A stretch of 64,000 bases of DNA from Nitrospinia bacterium (lineage in GTDB: Bacteria > Nitrospinota > Nitrospinia > Nitrospinales > JAJDAT01). Below are positions 39,790 to 48,959 of the stretch, piece after piece; position 1 is the first letter of the stretch, and each line of letters opens with the position of its first letter. The position numbers and the translations under genes were made by a program. The notes under the pieces are model-generated. The model saw only the letters and a program-made list of their open reading frames with translations, had not been told where the DNA came from and did not search any database. Where the stretch lies: contig JAJDAT010000035.1 in the NCBI GenBank assembly GCA_029261715.1, positions 351 through 64,350 on the forward strand, given 5' to 3'.

Positions 39790-41345
39790 AGACCGCGTCT
39801 TCTCCACCAAGTTCTAAACCCAGCAAACAGAGTAGCTCCAGGAACGATGATTACCGTTACTAAAAAGATAAGAGTTCCCTGGGCGCGGGTTAATTGTATA
39901 GGATTGCTTTTCTTTTCTTTTGGACGAATGGATATTCTATTTTTTTCTTCGACCATCCAGGAAGCGATATTCAAGAATAAATCGCCGTTGCCAGAAAAAC
40001 CAAAATACGAGTTGTTTGCAAAATCGGAATCGCCGATCACTATTAAACGGCCTTCTTTCTCTTTTTCTTTTGGATTTGTTTCTTTAGAAGCTTCGTCTTC
40101 GCTTTTCGAAGCAGAGTTAATTTTCTTTGTCGCTATTACTGCCGCCATTACGGGGCCTTGAGTATCTTGCCCTTTGTCAAATTGAACTTTCCCGCCTTCT
40201 ACATTTGTCTCGCCCCAACTATTTTGACCAGATTTGAATAGCTCCACAGTTCGGACGTCATTTGATTGTTTTATTGAGACGGATCTCAACAAAGGAAATA
40301 TAACGCTGAGTCCAAAGTCTTTAAAAATTTCATGACGAGCAAAGCTGTTGATGATTGGCGCGGCAAAGTCTCCGCCGAATAATTTGGAGAGGGGATCTAT
40401 GACCAAGTCGTTTCTCAACTCGACACCCCATTTGAGTAATAATGTTTTGAGTCCTGGGTCGGTTTGCGGGTCGGCCAGCAATATCACGGCTCCGCCTTTG
40501 TTTAAATAAGCTTCCAGTAATTCTTCTTCCTTATCGACCAATGGTTTTTGCGGGCCGCTTATAAGAACCAGGTCGGCGTCTTGAGGAATTTCCCCAGTTT
40601 GCAAGAGAAGTAATGTTTTGACTGTATGCCCATCTTTTTCTAGAGCGGCCTTAGCTAGAGAATAATCTTCTTTGCCGCTGGATGTCGTATCTCTTTCTCC
40701 GTGACCTTGTAGAAAATAAATCGTCTTTTTTCGATCCTGAAGGATTTTTAAAATACCGTTAGTTAGATTATCTTCTGTTGGGTTGTTGATTTTCGTTTCG
40801 TTGGAGCCACTTTCTATAGCAACAGTGCCGTAGGTTTTAATTCCATATTGTTTTGTAATAGCCGGACTTTTATCGGGATCGACAAAGTTTAATTCGAGTT
40901 TATCGGTGAGGCCTAAATATCCGTCAACTAAAGTTTGAAAGTCGGCTTTTTCCGGAGCTTCCGTTTGAAAAAACGCGGTCATTTTCACCTCTTTATCTAG
41001 AGAGGATATAACCTTTGTCGTTTGCGGCGAAAGTGTATAGATGCCGCCTTCGGTGAAATCAAAACGGTGATTATGTCTGGATAAAAGTAGGTTAACGAAA
41101 ACCAGAATTCCTAGAAAAGCGATAGTCAAAATGGCTGAATTCGCGCCATGCACCGCCGTTCGACCGGTAATAACTTTTTTAATTTTTGTTTTTTCAGAAA
41201 ATATGAAGAAGATTCCGTTAAGGAGTCCTACTATTGCCAATGAACCAGCGACTGTGGTTTCCGACGGAACAACAATATAAACGAAAAGGGCTGCTAGTAA
41301 AAAAAACAGGCTGAGCCAGCCAGATATGGAAATAAATTTCGACAT
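39786..41345 (-). CDS. gldG: ABC-type transport auxiliary component GldG family
   Basis: N- and C-terminal TM anchors flank a large periplasmic domain. It follows the ABC-2 permease. Confidence 0.8.
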   Translation of the reverse strand: MSKFISISGWLSLFFLLAALFVYIVVPSETTVAGSLAIVGLLNGIFFIFSEKTKIKKVITGRTAVHGANSAILTIAFLGILVFVNLLLSRHNHRFDFTEGGIYTLSPQTTKVISSLDKEVKMTAFFQTEAPEKADFQTLVDGYLGLTDKLELNFVDPDKSPAITKQYGIKTYGTVAIESGSNETKINNPTEDNLTNGILKILQDRKKTIYFLQGHGERDTTSSGKEDYSLAKAALEKDGHTVKTLLLLQTGEIPQDADLVLISGPQKPLVDKEEELLEAYLNKGGAVILLADPQTDPGLKTLLLKWGVELRNDLVIDPLSKLFGGDFAAPIINSFARHEIFKDFGLSVIFPLLRSVSIKQSNDVRTVELFKSGQNSWGETNVEGGKVQFDKGQDTQGPVMAAVIATKKINSASKSEDEASKETNPKEKEKEGRLIVIGDSDFANNSYFGFSGNGDLFLNIASWMVEEKNRISIRPKEKKSNPIQLTRAQGTLIFLVTVIIVPGATLFAGFRTWWRRRGL

Positions 41346-41350
41346 TTATC

Positions 41351-42124
41351 TTATCTCCATCTATTAGAATCAAGGGTTCTATGAGTCAGGAACAGTCCAA
41401 ACAAGATAACTGAAAGGTAGTAAGCAAAGTCTGCTACGTCGAACATACCTTTAAAAAACGGGTCGAGGTGATCTATCAGAGAGAGGTATTTCAGTAAGTC
41501 TCCAAAATCAGAACCGGCAGCTTGAGCGCCCCAACCAATGATCCACATAAATAAAGTAAACCCAAAACTCATAACAGCCGCGACTATTTGGTTGTCCGTT
41601 AAAGAGGAGGCCAACACTCCGACGGAGATATAGCAACTAGCCATTAGCAACATTCCAAGATAACTTGTCGCGATGGGGCCTAATTCAGGTTCGCCAACGT
41701 AAAAAAGTAAGCCAATTGAAATTAGCGTTAGTGAAATCATAGTTGCCACAACTAGAAAACAAGCCAAAAATTTACCGATAACGATTTCATGGAGTTGCAC
41801 TGGCGAAGATAATAATAAATTCACAGATTTATTCTTTTTCTCTTCTGAAAAACTTCGCATTGTGATCAATGGGATCATGAGCAAAAGAATGACGCCCATA
41901 TTGTGCAATGAAGGTTGAACAACCATATCGTTCAGATTAAGACCCATAGCTCCCATTTGACCTTGCATTTGAGCGGCCTGCATACTTTGGAAGCTGAAGA
42001 AGTTGAGTATATTGAAGAAGATATAATTGAATAAAATCAAAAATACGGCAGTCAATACGTAAAATATTGGCGATTTGAGAAAAGAGCTTAAATCTCGAAA
42101 AGCTATTATAAAAGTGGATCTCAT
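41351..42124 (-). CDS. ABC-2 type transporter permease
   Basis: Six-TM ABC-2 architecture; 4-nt overlap with the ATPase gene. Confidence 0.85.
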   Translation of the reverse strand: MRSTFIIAFRDLSSFLKSPIFYVLTAVFLILFNYIFFNILNFFSFQSMQAAQMQGQMGAMGLNLNDMVVQPSLHNMGVILLLMIPLITMRSFSEEKKNKSVNLLLSSPVQLHEIVIGKFLACFLVVATMISLTLISIGLLFYVGEPELGPIATSYLGMLLMASCYISVGVLASSLTDNQIVAAVMSFGFTLFMWIIGWGAQAAGSDFGDLLKYLSLIDHLDPFFKGMFDVADFAYYLSVILFGLFLTHRTLDSNRWR

Positions 42125-43056
42125 AATTCGACTTGGGTTTCTTCGGTAGTTAGTTGTAGGAATACATCTTCAAGGGAGACAGCATTTTGTTTCAATTCGA
42201 CAAGGCCCCATTTGTTATCGAGCGTTGTGCGTGCAATTTCATCCTGCAAGCTTGAGCCGAGTTCGCATTCGATTTGAAATTCTCCATTGTCGTTTTGACT
42301 AACTGAAGCGACACCTCTAATTTTTTCGAGAATTTCTTTAGCTTGGTTTTGTCCTTCTCGAATAGATAATTGAATTCTTTCGGTTTTTCGCAAAGAGGCG
42401 GTGAGTCCTTCAAGAGAATCAACGGCGACAATTTCTCCTTCATTTATTATGATGACTCTTTGGCATATTTGAGTAATCTCAGGAAGAATATGTGAACTCA
42501 AAATAATGGTTCGGTCTTTTGATAGTTCTTTTATTAGTTTACGGATTTCAATAATTTGTAGCGGGTCTAGTCCAATAGTTGGTTCGTCCAGAATCAAAAT
42601 TTCCGGTTCGTGAATCAGCGCTTGCGCTAACCCAACTCGTTGTTGGAAACCCTTTGACAATCGACCGGTAATTCGATGTTTAACGTCTTTGAGCCAGCAC
42701 TTTTCTAAGGCTGCCTCGACCGCTTCGTCAATTTTGTTTTTAGGAACGCATCGAATGCCAGCCGCAAAGCGAAGGTAATCGGATACGACCATATCTGGGT
42801 AGAGGGGAGGGACTTCGGGTAAGTATCCAATAATCTTTTTTATTTCAAGAGATTCTTCAAAGATATCGAACCCATTAATTTTTGCCGAGCCGCCTGAAGC
42901 GGGAATAATACACGACAAAATATTCATCGTGGTGGATTTCCCCGCGCCGTTAGGCCCTAGAAAACCTACTACTTCCCCTTCTTCTACGTCAAATGTTAGT
43001 TGTTTGATTGCTTGGCGGGGGCCGTAAAACTTGGTCAAACCATCGACCGAAATCAT
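42121..43056 (-). CDS. ABC transporter ATP-binding protein
   Basis: Walker A GPNGAGKST, signature LSKGFQQR, and Walker B ILILDEPT. Confidence 0.95.
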   Translation of the reverse strand: MISVDGLTKFYGPRQAIKQLTFDVEEGEVVGFLGPNGAGKSTTMNILSCIIPASGGSAKINGFDIFEESLEIKKIIGYLPEVPPLYPDMVVSDYLRFAAGIRCVPKNKIDEAVEAALEKCWLKDVKHRITGRLSKGFQQRVGLAQALIHEPEILILDEPTIGLDPLQIIEIRKLIKELSKDRTIILSSHILPEITQICQRVIIINEGEIVAVDSLEGLTASLRKTERIQLSIREGQNQAKEILEKIRGVASVSQNDNGEFQIECELGSSLQDEIARTTLDNKWGLVELKQNAVSLEDVFLQLTTEETQVEL

Positions 43057-43271
43057 TTTATCTCCTGCTAAGAATAGCTAATTTGAAAGTATAACAGCTC
43101 TATATTCAATTTAATATTTTTAAAAATTAGCACATCCAAAAAACTATTTTCAATTAAAAATTTTTAATGATTTTGTTGGAAGGAATATAGTCTACTCTTA
43201 AAGCTGGGTATTACGAAGGATTATGTTTAGAAATTTTTGAGGAAGAGAAGCTCTATTTATTTAGGTTTCGG

Positions 43272-44318
43272 CTAACGAATTTTGATCCGTTTGCCTTCAT
43301 TTTGCGCGGATTTGTATATAGATGTGATGACCTGAAGGGCTCTAAGTCCATCCAAACCGGAAGAAGAACTTGGCGTTTGTTTTCTCATACGTTGAACTAA
43401 ATCACGAGCTCCTCCAGTAAAAGGACTCTCGTAATTTTTAACTTTAGGGAAGGGGACTTTTTCAAGTTCTTGAAAACCAGTAAACCGTCCGCTTTTTTTT
43501 GTTACGTATAATTCTCGTCCTGAGTTTCCTATTAAGATTCTGCCTTCAGATCCCTGAATATCTAATTCAAAGTTGAAGTATTTTCTAGCTCCTCCGCCTT
43601 CGATAAAACCGATAGCTCCATTTTTAAAACGGATTGTTGCGGCGGCAGTTTCCTCAATATATTTTTTTCCGTTGGATCTTATTTCAAAACCGGAAACCCA
43701 ATCGGGAGGACCGGCGAAAAAAAGCATTAAATCGGTTAAGTGAGTGCCATCGTGAAACAGAGGGCCTCCGCCATGCTCTGAAGCCAATAGTTTTGGAGGA
43801 ATCCATGATAATGAGTTTCCAACAATGGTGCGAAGTTCTCCGATTTTACCGCTTTCTATTAATTTTTTGGCCTGACGATAATAAGAATCCCAACGTCGCT
43901 CGTGGTTAATCACCAAAGGGATATTTTTATTTTCGCATATTCGAACCATCGCTTTTGCCTGTAAAGTGTCTATGGCGATAGGTTTTTCGCAAAAAATTCC
44001 TTTAACCCCTAAACGAGCCGATGCTTTTACCATTTCGGAGTGCAAATGGGTCCAAGTGGCAATAGAAACTATATCTGGATGAATCTTGCGAATCATTTGC
44101 TTATAGTCCGAAAATAACTCGCCAACCTGCCAGCGTTTGCCAAACTTTTTTAGTCTATCTGGATTTGTATCGCAACCCGCCACAATTTTCGTTTGGGACA
44201 GCGCGTCAAAAGCTCCCGCATGTGTGCATGGTTTGCCGCGTAGGGGATCTTCTTCCAAAAGGCTTCCGATTCTTCCACATCCGATGATAGCGACTGTTAA
44301 TGGTTTCATTACGTTCAA
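43272..44318 (-). CDS. Gfo/Idh/MocA family oxidoreductase
   Basis: N-terminal Rossmann motif VAIIGCGRIG and a length typical of the family. Confidence 0.85.
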   Translation of the reverse strand: MNVMKPLTVAIIGCGRIGSLLEEDPLRGKPCTHAGAFDALSQTKIVAGCDTNPDRLKKFGKRWQVGELFSDYKQMIRKIHPDIVSIATWTHLHSEMVKASARLGVKGIFCEKPIAIDTLQAKAMVRICENKNIPLVINHERRWDSYYRQAKKLIESGKIGELRTIVGNSLSWIPPKLLASEHGGGPLFHDGTHLTDLMLFFAGPPDWVSGFEIRSNGKKYIEETAAATIRFKNGAIGFIEGGGARKYFNFELDIQGSEGRILIGNSGRELYVTKKSGRFTGFQELEKVPFPKVKNYESPFTGGARDLVQRMRKQTPSSSSGLDGLRALQVITSIYKSAQNEGKRIKIR

Positions 44319-44361
44319 TACCCTGATTATTTTTAAGATTACATTGCCCGAAAGAACTTGT

Positions 44362-44385
44362 CGGCCCCCCCAGGGTGGGGGGCCG
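44362..44385. other. G/C-only 9-bp hairpin (CGGCCCCCC-cagggt-GGGGGGCCG)
   Basis: Perfect complementarity read directly from the sequence. Neither strand has a U-tract after it. Confidence 0.6.
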
Positions 44386-44562
44386 TCAAATCAAGATTCG
44401 GACAGACTACACCTCGCTTACCCCGGACAAGGGTCGTAACGAGATTTTTGCGTTTTTAAAAAAATCTTCAGGCGGGGGGGGGTGAGCCTTTCCCGCAAAC
44501 GCTCTGAAATCAACAAATTTATAATTTATTTTATACATTAATGACCTCGGATTTTAAGTATT

Positions 44563-45423
44563 TTAAATTTGGTTGTCTAAAAGTTGAAGTACAGATTGAG
44601 GATTCAAATTAGCTTGTCCTATCATAGCTGTAGATGCCTGTACTTGAATTTGATTTTTAGTCAAATTAGCAAAACTTTCTCCGAGGTCGGCGTCAGACAA
44701 GATAGAGTCAGCTCTGGTGTTTTCTTCAACAGAACGATCTAAATTCGATACTGTGCTCGCTAATCTTTCGGCGGCTACAGAGACTCGACTTCTAGTTTCA
44801 ATAACATCATCTAGCAAAATTTCAATCGCTTCGCCAGCGGCAAGCGCTGATTCTTGAGTATTGACAGAAAGTTGATCAAGGCCTGTAGCGGCAGATCTCA
44901 AGTCAGTGACATCTAATATATCGTTGAGGTTGAACCTGTTAGAAGCGCCTCCGTCTAATCCAGTTTGGATGATGTAAGGATCGCTAGCTCCCCTTGATAA
45001 GGAACCGTCTAACAATTTTTGTCCATTGAATTCTGTCGTGTTTGCTATTCGATCCAATTCTTCTCTGAGTTGATTGAATTCCAACTGAACGCTTTCTCGT
45101 TGGGTGTCGTTGATAGTTCCGGATGCCGATTGTTGCGATAACTCTCGAAGTCGAATCAAAATGGAAGAAACTTCTCCAATTGAGCCTTCTACGGTATTTA
45201 CTAGGGCGATGGCATCGCTAGTATTTCTTGAAGCTTGGCGTAAAACAAGGTTGTCGGATCGTAGCGTTTGAGAGATAGAAAAGGACGCGGAATCGTCGCC
45301 AGCTTGTTGGAACCTTTGTCCTGAAGCAACTTGCTTGATAGAATTTTCTAGCCTATCATTATTTGCTGTTAGGTTTCTTTGCGCGTTTTGAGAAACGAGA
45401 TTGGTAAAAATCTGTAATGCCAT
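44563..45423 (-). CDS. fliC: Flagellin, divergent paralogue (286 aa)
   Basis: MALQIFTNLVSQNAQRNL... N-terminus and ...QANLNPQSVLQLL C-terminus. No sigma-28 motif in the 103-nt gap to the upstream flagellin. Confidence 0.9.
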   Translation of the reverse strand: MALQIFTNLVSQNAQRNLTANNDRLENSIKQVASGQRFQQAGDDSASFSISQTLRSDNLVLRQASRNTSDAIALVNTVEGSIGEVSSILIRLRELSQQSASGTINDTQRESVQLEFNQLREELDRIANTTEFNGQKLLDGSLSRGASDPYIIQTGLDGGASNRFNLNDILDVTDLRSAATGLDQLSVNTQESALAAGEAIEILLDDVIETRSRVSVAAERLASTVSNLDRSVEENTRADSILSDADLGESFANLTKNQIQVQASTAMIGQANLNPQSVLQLLDNQI

Positions 45424-45465
45424 TTCAATTTTCCTCCGTGAAAAGTGATTTTGTCATACTGTTAT

Positions 45466-45479
45466 TAGCTTCCTTGCTA
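45466..45479 (-). promoter_or_regulatory. Leader hairpin with AAGGAA loop (CsrA-type site candidate)
   Basis: On the mRNA it reads UAGC-AAGGAA-GCUA. It lies about 30 nt upstream of the SD CGGAGGA (45432-45438). Confidence 0.4.
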
Positions 45480-45526
45480 AAACAATGGCAATTTCAATAA
45501 ATATTTTATTCAGTTTTATTCTAGAA

Positions 45527-46384
45527 TTACTGTAGTAATTGCAATACTGACTGCGGAATCAAGTTGGCCTGTCCTACCATAGCGGTAGAAGACTGAACCA
45601 AGATTTGGTTTCGAGTTAACAAAGCGACTTCTTCTGCGATATCTGCATCTCGAATAGCTGATTCTGCAGATGTTAGGTTCTCAATAGAAATCGATATGTT
45701 GGATATTGCTCTTACTAGCCGGTTTTGCACGGCGCCGACTTTACCACGGCCCTGCGTAACGACTGTTATTGCGGAATTCATTACATCCAAAGCTGTCAAC
45801 GCGGCGTCGGAGGCAGTAACGCTTAAAACGTCTACTCCTAAACCTGATGAAGTAATTGAACCAAGGTCGATTTGTTGGTTTAAATTAATTCGACTGTCTG
45901 CTGAGGAATCAATTCCGATTTGGATCAATATATGTTGATTGGATGAAATCGAAGATGAAAGCGATCCATCAATCAAACGTTGACCATTAAAGGAAGTCGT
46001 TTGCGCAATACGATCAATCTCGTTTCTTAACGCGGTGAATTCTAATTGGATAGTTTGACGTTCGGTAGAACCAACAGTTCCGGTAGCAGCTTGGGAAGCT
46101 AGCTCTCTCAATCTGATGAGAATCCCGGCTTGTTCGTTGAGCGCTCCTTCCGTTACGTTAATGAGCGCGATTCCGTCGTTTCCGTTTCGAACAGCTTGCC
46201 TTAGAGCTCGGATATCGGATCGTAATGATTCCGAAATTGCCAACCCTGCGGCGTCATCTGCTCCCCGGTTTACCCGGATTCCGGAAGCGATTCTTTCAAC
46301 TGAAGAAGCTAACCGGTCGTTGTTGATCCCCAAAATACGCTGAGCGTTCAGCGAGGGGATATTGTTAAAAATTCTTACTGGCAT
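45527..46384 (-). CDS. fliC: Flagellin (285 aa)
   Basis: MPVRIFNNIPSLNAQR...GADDAAGLAISE... and ...QANLIPQSVLQLLQ. Confidence 0.95.
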   Translation of the reverse strand: MPVRIFNNIPSLNAQRILGINNDRLASSVERIASGIRVNRGADDAAGLAISESLRSDIRALRQAVRNGNDGIALINVTEGALNEQAGILIRLRELASQAATGTVGSTERQTIQLEFTALRNEIDRIAQTTSFNGQRLIDGSLSSSISSNQHILIQIGIDSSADSRINLNQQIDLGSITSSGLGVDVLSVTASDAALTALDVMNSAITVVTQGRGKVGAVQNRLVRAISNISISIENLTSAESAIRDADIAEEVALLTRNQILVQSSTAMVGQANLIPQSVLQLLQ

Positions 46385-46422
46385 TTTAAAAATCCTCCGT
46401 GATTTTTAATTGTTTTAATTTC

Positions 46423-46434
46423 GGCATCCTTGCC
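46423..46434 (-). promoter_or_regulatory. Leader hairpin GGCA-AGGA-UGCC (CsrA-type site candidate)
   Basis: The mRNA reads ...UUGGCAAGGAUGCC..., close to the CsrA consensus CAAGGAUG. It is nested in a TGTTTT/AAAACA outer stem (46411-40). The SD is CGGAGGA (46393-46399). Confidence 0.45.
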
Positions 46435-46554
46435 AAAACAGTAAAAAAAAAGCTTTAATTCGATGTTACGTTTTAGTCATGCTTGTTTCCTTTATATATA
46501 GAAATTAAGTAGTTAAATTCCGAATATGATAGGTATAAGTGCGTCATAGATTTC

Positions 46555-46582
46555 ATAACGGATTTTGCATTAAAATACTTTA
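46555..46582 (-). promoter_or_regulatory. Sigma-28-like promoter (weaker): TAAAGTAT-N12-TCCGTTAT
   Basis: Reverse complement of 46555-46582. It sits 171 nt upstream of the ATG, the same distance as the strong motif before flagellin 48960-49817. Confidence 0.45.
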
Positions 46583-46680
46583 TGGTTTTTTTCGCAGGGG
46601 CAAACGACCCTGCTTAAAGGGGGAGAAAAAGAAGTGGCGAGAAACTGGCTTTTGAGGTTTTGGGAAGTGTAGAATCGAAA

Positions 46681-46730
46681 CCAGCCGCCGGGTTTGACCT
46701 TATTTGAAAGGCTTTGTCAAACCCGGCTGG
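46681..46730 (-). terminator. Long GC-rich hairpin downstream of flagellin 46860-47717
   Basis: CCAG(CCG)CCGGGTTTGAC ... GTCAAACCCGGCTGG forms a 15-bp stem with a 3-nt bulge. Both flanks are T-rich. Confidence 0.4.
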
Positions 46731-46809
46731 CTTTTATTAGGAATCGATCATTGCCAGCTGTTTCCTTTAATTTAGGAAACTCATACGCTTGAAAATAATT
46801 TCAAGTTTA

Positions 46810-46843
46810 AGGAAGAATAATAAAAAACTTTATTATTCTTCCT
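46810..46843 (-). terminator. Perfect 15-bp A/T-rich hairpin 17 nt after the flagellin stop
   Basis: AGGAAGAATAATAAA-aaac-TTTATTATTCTTCCT. Confidence 0.35.
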
Positions 46844-46859
46844 AAGCTTGTTTTTGAAA

Positions 46860-47717
46860 TTATCCTAAGAGCTGTAATACTGATTGCGGGATTAAATTCG
46901 CCTGACCAACCATTGCCGTAGAAGCCTGTACCAGAATTTGGTTTCTGGTGAGTAACGCAACTTCTTCAGCGATGTCGGCGTCTCGGATAGCAGATTCCGC
47001 AGCTTGTAAGTTCTCAGTACTAACCGATATATTCGCGATTGCTCTTACGAGCCGGTTTTGTACGGCACCCACCTTACCACGGCCCTGGGTAACAACCGTT
47101 AAAGCAGCGTTGATCGAGTCGAGAGCGGTCAGCGCTCCTGCGGCTGATGTAACGCTTAGCGTGTCGATGCCAAGAGAAGATACTGTTACGGCGGTCAAAT
47201 CTATTTGTTGATTCAGGTTGATTCGACTATCAGCAGATGAATCCAATCCAATTTGGATCAGAATTTGATTGCTGGATGTTACGGTAGAAGATAGTGAACC
47301 GTCAATCAATCGCTGTCCGTTAAACTCAGTGGTGTTTGCGATACGGTCAATTTCGTTTGAAAGCGCCGTGAATTCGATTTGAATTGTTTGACGTTCTGTG
47401 GATCCAACAGTACCGGTAGAAGCTTGAGAAGAAAGTTCTCTTAGCCGAATCAAAATACCGGCTTGCTCATTCAAGGCTCCCTCCGTAACGTTGATCAATG
47501 CAATTCCGTCATTTCCGTTTCTAACAGCTTGTCTTAAGGCTCGAATGTCAGAACGTAATGATTCCGAAATAGCTAGACCAGCGGCGTCGTCGGCGCCTCT
47601 ATTGATTCTAATACCGGATGCAATTCTTTCTACTGATTGGGCGAGTCTATCGTTGTTGTTACCCAAGATTCTCTGGGCATTAAGCGAGGGAATGTTATTA
47701 AAGATTCGAACTGGCAT
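46860..47717 (-). CDS. fliC: Flagellin (285 aa)
   Basis: Canonical flagellin N- and C-termini. The first 72 aa are identical to those of the 48960-49817 copy. Confidence 0.95.
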   Translation of the reverse strand: MPVRIFNNIPSLNAQRILGNNNDRLAQSVERIASGIRINRGADDAAGLAISESLRSDIRALRQAVRNGNDGIALINVTEGALNEQAGILIRLRELSSQASTGTVGSTERQTIQIEFTALSNEIDRIANTTEFNGQRLIDGSLSSTVTSSNQILIQIGLDSSADSRINLNQQIDLTAVTVSSLGIDTLSVTSAAGALTALDSINAALTVVTQGRGKVGAVQNRLVRAIANISVSTENLQAAESAIRDADIAEEVALLTRNQILVQASTAMVGQANLIPQSVLQLLG

Positions 47718-47750
47718 GGTGATTCCTCCTTGAGTCGTGAATAACTAATG

Positions 47751-47778
47751 CTTGTTTTAACCTCCTTGCTAAAACAAG
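47751..47778 (-). promoter_or_regulatory. Leader hairpin with GCAAGGAGGU loop (CsrA-type site candidate)
   Basis: 9-bp stem CTTGTTTTA/TAAAACAAG with loop GCAAGGAGGU on the mRNA. A second CAAGGAGGA forms the SD (47724-47732). Confidence 0.5.
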
Positions 47779-47976
47779 TAACCAGGATGCTTCAAATGTA
47801 AAACTACAAATTTTTTTCTAGATAATTCTCCAAGAATTTCTTCGCCAACCAGGAAAAGGCGAAAAAAAATTGTTTTTTAGATCAAAAATCTTAAATTATT
47901 CAGTAATTTTTGCGCCAACCAGGTAAGGAGCTCAAATTACTTTCTAAATTAAAAGACTTTTTGCGTCTTGGAAGCT

Positions 47977-48003
47977 ATATCGGAATTTGGAGAATTTACT
48001 TTA
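47977..48003 (-). promoter_or_regulatory. Sigma-28 promoter: TAAAGTAA-N11-TCCGATAT
   Basis: Reverse complement of 47977-48003; about 260 nt upstream of flagellin ATG 47717. Confidence 0.65.
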
Positions 48004-48112
48004 GCGAGAAGAAAGAGTAGGGGGAGTTCTCCCCTGGGCGGAGCGGATAAAAAAACGTGGAAAACGTTAAAAATAAAGAATTTTACGCTAGATTAAATTT
48101 AATAAAAAAAAA

Positions 48113-48871
48113 TTATAAGATTGATGAATCAGATCCAAATTTAAGCAATTGGACGACTTCTTTTCGAGCTTGCAATGATATATCGAGTTTAGAATCTTGT
48201 CTATTTTGCATCAAATTCTTCCAATAGATTTGTGTCCAAAGGAATTTATCGCTTATAGGACTTAAATTTGCTCGAAATTGCTTTAAAACGTTAGTTTCTT
48301 CGGAAATCTCCTCAATTATTTTGGAAGTTGGACTGAAACTGCTGAAAATGAATCGAGAAAAATTTCTTCCACAATAGCGTTCTGCTAATAATGGATTCAG
48401 AGATAATCCAGCTTTTATATATGATTCTTTTAAATCGCCTATTATGTTTGGCGGTAAAACTACCTCAAGAGACGTTTTATCGAAAATAAACTTTTCTTTT
48501 TCAACTAAAAGGCTAGAGTTAACATCCGTTTGCCTTATCAGTCTTTGGATAGCATTTTGTAAGTGAAGCTTATCTGTTTCATCCATATTAGGGGTTTTAT
48601 GAATGAGTAAAAGTTGACCGAGCAATTGAAGGCGCTTTGATTGTTTAGATAAAATTGCCTCACATTCTTTAATTTCTCTTAGATAGATCTGAGTCGAGCA
48701 TAATTTTTGATCTATAGAAAGATCTTTTATATCCGTTTTCTCGTTTTGCAATTCGCGAAACAAGTTCCCCATCGTTTTGGAGCGAGCGTTGGCGCTCGCT
48801 CTTTGTTTCTTTTCCGGAGAAAAGGGTCTTATAGAACGATCTTCGATTTTTATATGTAATGTTTTACCCAT
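48113..48871 (-). CDS. Unknown protein embedded in the flagellin array; possible highly diverged flagellin-derived protein (252 aa)
   Basis: Intact ORF with balanced composition, 88 nt downstream of a flagellin gene. By-eye collinear matches to the flagellin D1 helix (TDKLHLQNAIQRLIRQTD vs TERQTIQLEFDSLRTEID) and to the C-terminal ..VVQLL. It lacks the flagellin N-terminus. Confidence 0.55.
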   Translation of the reverse strand: MGKTLHIKIEDRSIRPFSPEKKQRASANARSKTMGNLFRELQNEKTDIKDLSIDQKLCSTQIYLREIKECEAILSKQSKRLQLLGQLLLIHKTPNMDETDKLHLQNAIQRLIRQTDVNSSLLVEKEKFIFDKTSLEVVLPPNIIGDLKESYIKAGLSLNPLLAERYCGRNFSRFIFSSFSPTSKIIEEISEETNVLKQFRANLSPISDKFLWTQIYWKNLMQNRQDSKLDISLQARKEVVQLLKFGSDSSIL

Positions 48872-48959
48872 ACCTAGTCCGCCCTTTTTAGGAAATAATT
48901 TCCAACAAAAGTTATTCTGCTTCCACTGAGGATAAATTTCCTCAATGGAATTGAATAAA

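Noticed and set aside
44137-44439. 100-aa plus-strand ORF spanning the oxidoreductase 5' end and the GC-rich spacer
   Set aside because: Most of it is antisense to the Gfo/Idh/MocA gene. The remainder is the G/C hairpin region. The product is P/G/S-rich nonsense.
46421-46434. Possible sigma-54 promoter (GGCATCCTTGCC) in a flagellin leader
   Set aside because: The spacing between the GG and GC elements is about 7 nt rather than the required 10, and the orientation is wrong for the minus-strand gene. It is better explained as the CsrA-type hairpin.
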